Shown here: positions 55,946 through 60,602 of the stretch, piece after piece
Numbering within the stretch: position 1 is the first letter of the stretch
Layout of the letters: the number at the start of each line of letters is the position of its first letter
NCBI GenBank assembly: GCA_012519085.1
Contig: JAAYQX010000028.1
Coordinates: 1-60,602, forward strand
Direction: 5' to 3'
DNA from: Clostridiaceae bacterium
Lineage (GTDB): Bacteria; Bacillota; Clostridia; Saccharofermentanales; DTU023
Length of the DNA: 60,602 bases
Position numbers and translations under genes: made by a program
The notes under the pieces: model-generated
Told to the model about the DNA's origin: nothing
Database searches by the model: none
Seen by the model: the letters and a program-made list of their open reading frames with translations, nothing else

Positions 55946-55960
55946 ATCATGATGACCTCA

Positions 55961-56569
55961 TTAAGTGATTAACTCGGGCAGAAGTTTGAGTTCTGACAGT
56001 TTGCGGCGAACAGCAGCAATATCCTGCCAGAGATCGTTCTTGCGACGCGGATCTCGCAGCACATAGGCCGGATGAAAAGTGGGCAAAATCCAATAGCCCG
56101 CCTTTTGAATCCAGCGCCCTCTGACCTTGGTAATCCCCGTGTCATCATGTGTAAAATATTTGTAGGCCGTACCACCCATCAACAAAATCACTCTTGGTCT
56201 AACCAGATTGAACTGACGTGTCAACAGAGGACGGCATTTCTCCGCCTCCTCCGGTTTAGGCGCCCGATTACCCGGCGGACGGCATTTCACAATATTGCAG
56301 ATATGGAAATCATCTTCCCTAATCTCCCAGGCCGTGAGCAATTGATCCAGCAATTGACCGGACCGCCCGACAAAGGGTATACCCTGTTCATCTTCTTCCG
56401 CCCCGGGACCCTCACCGATAATCATTAGCGGAGCCTTGATATTGCCCCGCCAGACCACGACATTTTGTCTGTTAGCAGCAAGATCACAAGCCCGGCAGCG
56501 CTGGCAAACTGAAACAAAGTGTTGGAATCCCTCACGAGCGTCTTCATCATGATCAAAATCTTGAGTCAT
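55961..56569 (-). CDS. uracil-DNA glycosylase, family 4
   Basis: Fe-S cysteines (CQRCRAC), motif A GEGPGAEEDEQGIPFVGRSG and motif B HPAYVLR. Confidence 0.85.
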   Translation of the reverse strand: MTQDFDHDEDAREGFQHFVSVCQRCRACDLAANRQNVVVWRGNIKAPLMIIGEGPGAEEDEQGIPFVGRSGQLLDQLLTAWEIREDDFHICNIVKCRPPGNRAPKPEEAEKCRPLLTRQFNLVRPRVILLMGGTAYKYFTHDDTGITKVRGRWIQKAGYWILPTFHPAYVLRDPRRKNDLWQDIAAVRRKLSELKLLPELIT

Positions 56570-56685
56570 ATTTTCATCTCCCTCCGGGCGTCTGCAAGAG
56601 GCACCTAAGTTCTACAGGACACTATGGTTCCCGTTTTTCAACAGCCATCAGTCAACGCCACTCAGTTAGCGTGCCGGCACCGAAC

Positions 56686-57030
56686 TCAGGTTACATGATC
56701 GCCGTTCTTGACTTCAAACTCGGGCACCAGCAGGACTATGCCTTGCTCCGATTCCGTACCCAGGATTCGCACCTCGCTCTTTACGGAACCGATATACAGC
56801 GGAGCCAGATTGATACAGCAGAGGACCTGCTTGCCGATCAGATCTTCTTCTGCATATACCGCCGTGATTTGGGCGGAAGAATTCTTGACACCAATTTCGG
56901 GACCGAAATCAATCTGCAGCACATAGGACGGATTCCTGGAACGCTTATTCGGCTTGGCGCTCAGAATTGTTCCGACACGGACATCCACTTTGTCAAAATC
57001 AGCAATTCCGATTTCTTCAATCTGATTCAT
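56686..57030 (-). CDS. tRNA-binding domain protein (CsaA/YtpR-like)
   Basis: 114-aa OB-fold tRNA_bind pattern (DFDKVDVRVGTILSA...QVLCCINLAP). SD GGGAGGA. Confidence 0.72.
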   Translation of the reverse strand: MNQIEEIGIADFDKVDVRVGTILSAKPNKRSRNPSYVLQIDFGPEIGVKNSSAQITAVYAEEDLIGKQVLCCINLAPLYIGSVKSEVRILGTESEQGIVLLVPEFEVKNGDHVT

Positions 57031-57241
57031 TATTATCCTCCCGAATCCATTTTTATTAATTTTATCCGTTATCTGATCATTGTAGGCCTTAAACAGATTT
57101 GAAGCAAAAATCTTGTTTAAATGTCATTTTCTGTACTAGAATGTTGATATTAAATATATATTAAGCGTATTAACAAGCATGTCGCACCGCCGGTACAATC
57201 TCCTGCACAGCGGCTACTCTTATTAAACTAGTGAGGTATTC

Positions 57242-58267
57242 ATGAAGCCGGAACTGTCGGTCGTTGTACCCGTCTTTAACGAAGAAGAAGTGATTAAGGC
57301 TACTCAGCAGCGCCTCACAGCTGTCTTGTCTGATCTGCAATTAACATATGAGATTATCTATATTAATGACGGCAGTACAGACCGGACGGCTGAGATCATC
57401 AGACCCTGGTGCCTCACCGACGGCAAGGTAAAATTAATCAGTTTTTCCCGTAATTTCGGACATCAGACAGCTATAACTTGCGGCATGGATTATGCTGCAG
57501 GTGATGCGATCGTGATCATTGATGCCGATCTGCAGGATCCGCCGGAAGTGATCCCGCAGCTAATCGAGAAATGGCGGGAGGGCTACGAAGTCGTATATGC
57601 CAGGCGGAAAAAGCGCGCAGGTGAGACGCGGTTCAAAAAGACTACTGCCTCTCTCTACTACCGCTTCCTCTACCGACTCTCTGATGTCGATATACCCGTT
57701 GATGTCGGTGATTTCCGCCTGATTGACAGCACCGTTAGGGACGCACTCCTGCAACTGCCGGAACATAATCGCTATGTGCGCGGTCTGATTGCCTGGCTCG
57801 GTTACCGCCAAACCTTTGTCGATTATGAACGCGCCCCTCGCCAGGCCGGCACAACCAAATACCCTCTCCGCAAAATGCTAAAACTGGCCGGCGACGGCAT
57901 CACATCTTTCTCCTACCGACCGTTGAAAATAAGTATCTATCTGGGCGTTTTCCTTTCCCTGGCCAGCTTCCTGTTCTTGCTCTTCATATTCATCTCTAAG
58001 CTGTTCAATCTAGTCGCGATGGAACCCGGCTATGCTTCAATGATGAGTGTCATACTCTTCTTTTTCGGCGTTGTGCTGATCATGCTGGGAATAACCGGCG
58101 AATATATCGGCCGTATTTTCGAAGAAGTCAAAAGCCGGCCGCTCTACCTCGTCCTGCGCGAAGACGGCAAATTCTATACAAAAGGCCGCTGCGGCACCAG
58201 ACCCGGCCTGCCTCACCCGGATTCAATCCACATTGACGGCAAATCATCTCTTGACGAAGACGCCTAG
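57242..58267 (+). CDS. family 2 glycosyltransferase (polyprenol-phosphate glycosyltransferase, ArnC/DPM1-like)
   Basis: Contains SVVVPVFNEEE and DADLQDPPE (DxD region). Two C-terminal TM helices. Confidence 0.8.
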   Translation: MKPELSVVVPVFNEEEVIKATQQRLTAVLSDLQLTYEIIYINDGSTDRTAEIIRPWCLTDGKVKLISFSRNFGHQTAITCGMDYAAGDAIVIIDADLQDPPEVIPQLIEKWREGYEVVYARRKKRAGETRFKKTTASLYYRFLYRLSDVDIPVDVGDFRLIDSTVRDALLQLPEHNRYVRGLIAWLGYRQTFVDYERAPRQAGTTKYPLRKMLKLAGDGITSFSYRPLKISIYLGVFLSLASFLFLLFIFISKLFNLVAMEPGYASMMSVILFFFGVVLIMLGITGEYIGRIFEEVKSRPLYLVLREDGKFYTKGRCGTRPGLPHPDSIHIDGKSSLDEDA

Positions 58268-58313
58268 GAAAGCGATGCAAAACTAGGTCACATTTGAGAG
58301 ACCGCTCCGGTTC

Positions 58314-58889
58314 TCATTCCTGCCGAGCCAAGTCGAGCAAATCGAGAGCAGTCTGCCTGGCAATATAGCTGAACAGGCCCAGGCGCAAAATCTGCAATAC
58401 CAGTTCTTCGTGATTGTCCGACTCCTGAGGCAACAGATCTAAAATGCCTTTCCTGCCACGCTCCAAGGCCTCCGAAATATTCTGATAGCGCCAGGCAGGA
58501 TCACCTGCCTCTGCCAACAACTGGCGCAGTTCACCGATATTAGCGATTGGCAGCACTTCTTTGAGGTAGATCAGAAGCGTCAAATCAACCAGATGATCTC
58601 TGGTATAGCGCTTGCCATGCGCCCTCGGCAGCACTCCTTGCTTAGTATAATTATTGATCATCGAGGGAGTCAGAGGAATTCTGTGTCTCTCATCTTTGTT
58701 CTGTTCCGACATCAATGTAATAACCTGGTCCATATACAGGTCAATATAGGGCAAAAGCTCATAATCAATCAGTTTCCGTGTAGCCATATCGGCACGCAGT
58801 TCCTCTAAAGAAAAAGGTGTAGAAACCTCAGCAATCTCCGTCGCCTGCCCCTCCGTTCCTATCTCTTGATTTCTCTTTTTCTTAGTCAT
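58314..58889 (-). CDS. DUF1836 domain protein
   Basis: Contains LTPSMINNYTKQGVLPRAHGKRYTRDHLVDLTLLIYLKEVLPI, the DUF1836 signature as I remember it. ATG 58889 has better SD spacing than ATG 58895. Confidence 0.6.
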   Translation of the reverse strand: MTKKKRNQEIGTEGQATEIAEVSTPFSLEELRADMATRKLIDYELLPYIDLYMDQVITLMSEQNKDERHRIPLTPSMINNYTKQGVLPRAHGKRYTRDHLVDLTLLIYLKEVLPIANIGELRQLLAEAGDPAWRYQNISEALERGRKGILDLLPQESDNHEELVLQILRLGLFSYIARQTALDLLDLARQE

Positions 58890-59005
58890 CGTCATTTCCT
58901 CACATCATAAAGCGCTTAGTCTTATGTTTAGTCTTAATTATTACTGATGTAGCCTCAATTAACAAATATAGAGGCTCAAGCTCACAAATATTTACAATTA
59001 AACAC

Positions 59006-59034
59006 TTGACATTATAACAATCAGGTAATATGGT
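59006..59034 (+). promoter_or_regulatory. candidate sigma-A promoter for the SGNH hydrolase gene
   Basis: TTGACA (59006-59011), 17 nt, then TATGGT (59029-59034). Confidence 0.45.
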
Positions 59035-59103
59035 ATTGATAACTACATTATATAGTTTTGTTATTATGCCTACTATTATATGGTAAGTAAAGGGAGAAAG
59101 ACC

Positions 59104-59814
59104 ATGATATACGCACTTTCCATCAATAGATCCGCTCTCTGGCAGAAACCCTGGCTTGTGCTCGGCGACTCTATATCCAAAGGTGTCGCCTTCGATCCGC
59201 TCAAAAAACGTTATCAGCAGCTGAAAAACAGCTTTGTGGAAAGAATCAAGTCTGATCTCAGACTTGACGTTATGAATCTGTCTGTCTTTGGCGCTACAGT
59301 CGAGAAAGGTCTCAAGCAGCTTGACCGCTACAGAGATCGTCTAACCAAGGGCGGTGTGGCTCTGCTCCACTTCGGCGGCAATGACTGCAATTTCAACTGG
59401 GCTGACATCAGCCGCGACCCCAAAGCCGAACATCTGCCACAGATACCCCTGAAAAACTTTATTCATCTCTATGAACAGCTGATCGACAATCTGCAGCGGC
59501 AAAACTATCAGCCACTTCTGCTCAATCTGCCCCCCCTGATTCAGGATCGTTTTTTTGCCACCATCTCCCGCGATCTCGATGCCGATGTAATTTTAAACTG
59601 GCTGGGCGGCACCACGGACAGCATTTTCAAATGGCATAAATCCTACAGTGATGCCGTAGAACAGCTAGCTGATAAAAAGAAAATTCCCCTCATCGACATC
59701 CGCAGCGCCTTCCTGCAGCAGCCCGATAGGGAAACCCTCATGTGCGATGATGGCATGCACCCCAATGCCAAAGGGCATGCCCTGATCACGCAGATTATGG
59801 AAGCCAACTCATAA
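59104..59814 (+). CDS. SGNH/GDSL hydrolase family protein
   Basis: Block I LVLGDSISKG, block III FGGNDC and block V DGMHPN. ATG 59104 (SD AAAGGGAGAAAG) is preferred over the track start 59080. Confidence 0.72.
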   Translation: MIYALSINRSALWQKPWLVLGDSISKGVAFDPLKKRYQQLKNSFVERIKSDLRLDVMNLSVFGATVEKGLKQLDRYRDRLTKGGVALLHFGGNDCNFNWADISRDPKAEHLPQIPLKNFIHLYEQLIDNLQRQNYQPLLLNLPPLIQDRFFATISRDLDADVILNWLGGTTDSIFKWHKSYSDAVEQLADKKKIPLIDIRSAFLQQPDRETLMCDDGMHPNAKGHALITQIMEANS

Positions 59815-59890
59815 TTAAAACGAAATCTCCGCTATAATAGTAAATATCCTTTAATTTTAAGCAAGATATAAAGGGAAGGACAAAATAGGC

Positions 59891-60316
59891 ATGTCGAACT
59901 TTCCAATATATATATTTGCGGGTGCTGCTAATCTTGAAAAGTCTATTGGTAAATTTTTCAAGTATGGCCTGATCATACTCGCAGTAATGATAGGACTTGC
60001 TATTGTTATCAAAATTATTTCTTCCTATATCTATCTTCATACGGATCAGAAAATAAAGAAAACCGGCACCTGGAAAGTAGAAATCCTAGAGATTAACAAA
60101 AAAATTGTCGATGACACTTTAGCACGAGCCATGCTCGGATATATGATCGCCGGCGAACGCGGGGGGCTGTTTGGCGCAATAACCGGAGCCCAATACGAGG
60201 AAGTAAACTCCATCACCTTCAAAATTTACTATAACGACGGTACGGAGCAAACGATAACATGTTCCCCCAAACATCATCTCTGTCAGGAACTTCTGGAAAA
60301 AACCGATCTCTGTTAA
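59891..60316 (+). CDS. hypothetical single-pass membrane protein
   Basis: 141 aa with one TM helix (YGLIILAVMIGLAIVIKII) and a ~90-aa soluble domain. No family recognised. Low-GC context. Confidence 0.5.
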   Translation: MSNFPIYIFAGAANLEKSIGKFFKYGLIILAVMIGLAIVIKIISSYIYLHTDQKIKKTGTWKVEILEINKKIVDDTLARAMLGYMIAGERGGLFGAITGAQYEEVNSITFKIYYNDGTEQTITCSPKHHLCQELLEKTDLC

Positions 60317-60353
60317 AGCGAGAATTCACAAGATAAACTAATCTTTAATCACC

Positions 60354-60406
60354 TTGGCAATAACTGCCGGCTTGGTAATAACTTCCAAATTGGCAATCCC
60401 GGCAAT
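60354..60406 (+). repeat. phased direct repeats TTGGYAAT(AACT)
   Basis: TTGGCAATAACT at 60354, TTGGTAATAACT at 60372, TTGGCAAT at 60390 (exact 18-nt spacing) and GGCAAT at 60401. CCAAATTGG within the array is palindromic. Confidence 0.6.
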
Positions 60407-60602
60407 CTAACTTTAAAAACAAACATTTTAATTTCGTGGGCTTGATTTATTAGTGTGTCGTATGATAAATTACTAGGTGGTTGTTTAATGCAGCCGAATT
60501 TTCTAAAGAAAGGGCGTGACTTGCTTGGATTATCGACCTCGATGTATCAGCATTAATAATCCGGTTTCCCGCGGGAGATTTTCCAGTCTGCGCTCTTTTA
60601 GA

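Noticed and set aside
60338-60406. Minus-strand frame reading IAGIANLEVITKPAVIAKVIKD-stop, which looks like a protein C-terminus
   Set aside because: It is bounded by an in-frame stop 23 codons upstream with no start codon. The protein-like look comes from the TTGGCAAT repeats reported separately.
60488-60556. 22-codon ORF (MQPNFLKKGRDLLGLSTSMYQH) with SD AGGTGG, faintly reminiscent of the start of an XRE-type HTH
   Set aside because: It is too short to contain an HTH and stops before helix 2-3 would form. The resemblance is weak, and it may be a remnant or chance.

Overview
This 60.6-kb window looks like a chromosomal segment of a Firmicutes/Clostridia-type bacterium. The 5' end of a 16S rRNA gene lies at the left edge. 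GC is about 50% by eye, with lower-GC patches near 47.0-49.3 kb, 52.7-53.9 kb and 59.8-60.6 kb. Most genes are housekeeping. On the minus strand there is the tail of a division cluster (M20 amidohydrolase, yigZ, ynbB, HlyD-like, ylmE, sepF, PanK-like). A long collinear minus-strand array follows: pgcA, dnaE, pgsA, mutS2, glgB, glgC, glgD, glgA, a GH13 amylase, a PPi-type PFK and an OCD-family gene. Further right are uvrB, a family-4 UDG, a CsaA-like protein, a GT2, a DUF1836 protein and an SGNH hydrolase. Between tRNA-Leu(GAG) at 10.27 kb and about 27.5 kb sits an accessory-looking block. It holds (i) a cobalamin-riboswitch-controlled operon with an exported lipoprotein CbiK homologue, an orphan lipoprotein and a BtuFCD-type ABC importer whose ATPase has an extra C-terminal domain, (ii) an amidohydrolase, and (iii) two tandem paralogous HyuA/HyuB (hydantoinase/oxoprolinase family) pairs around an NCS1 permease and a small cupin. 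I found no CRISPR array, transposase, integrase, restriction-modification, toxin-antitoxin or recognisable phage-defence genes, and I cannot support a claim of a new defence-type system here. The items most worth follow-up are the hyu island (substrate unknown), the B12-regulated surface-lipoprotein set, two sub-60-codon ORFs missed by the ORF track (59 and 46 codons), disordered extensions on GlgA and GlgB, and several structured or repeat-bearing intergenic regions. All product calls rest on motif recognition by eye. No database search was run.
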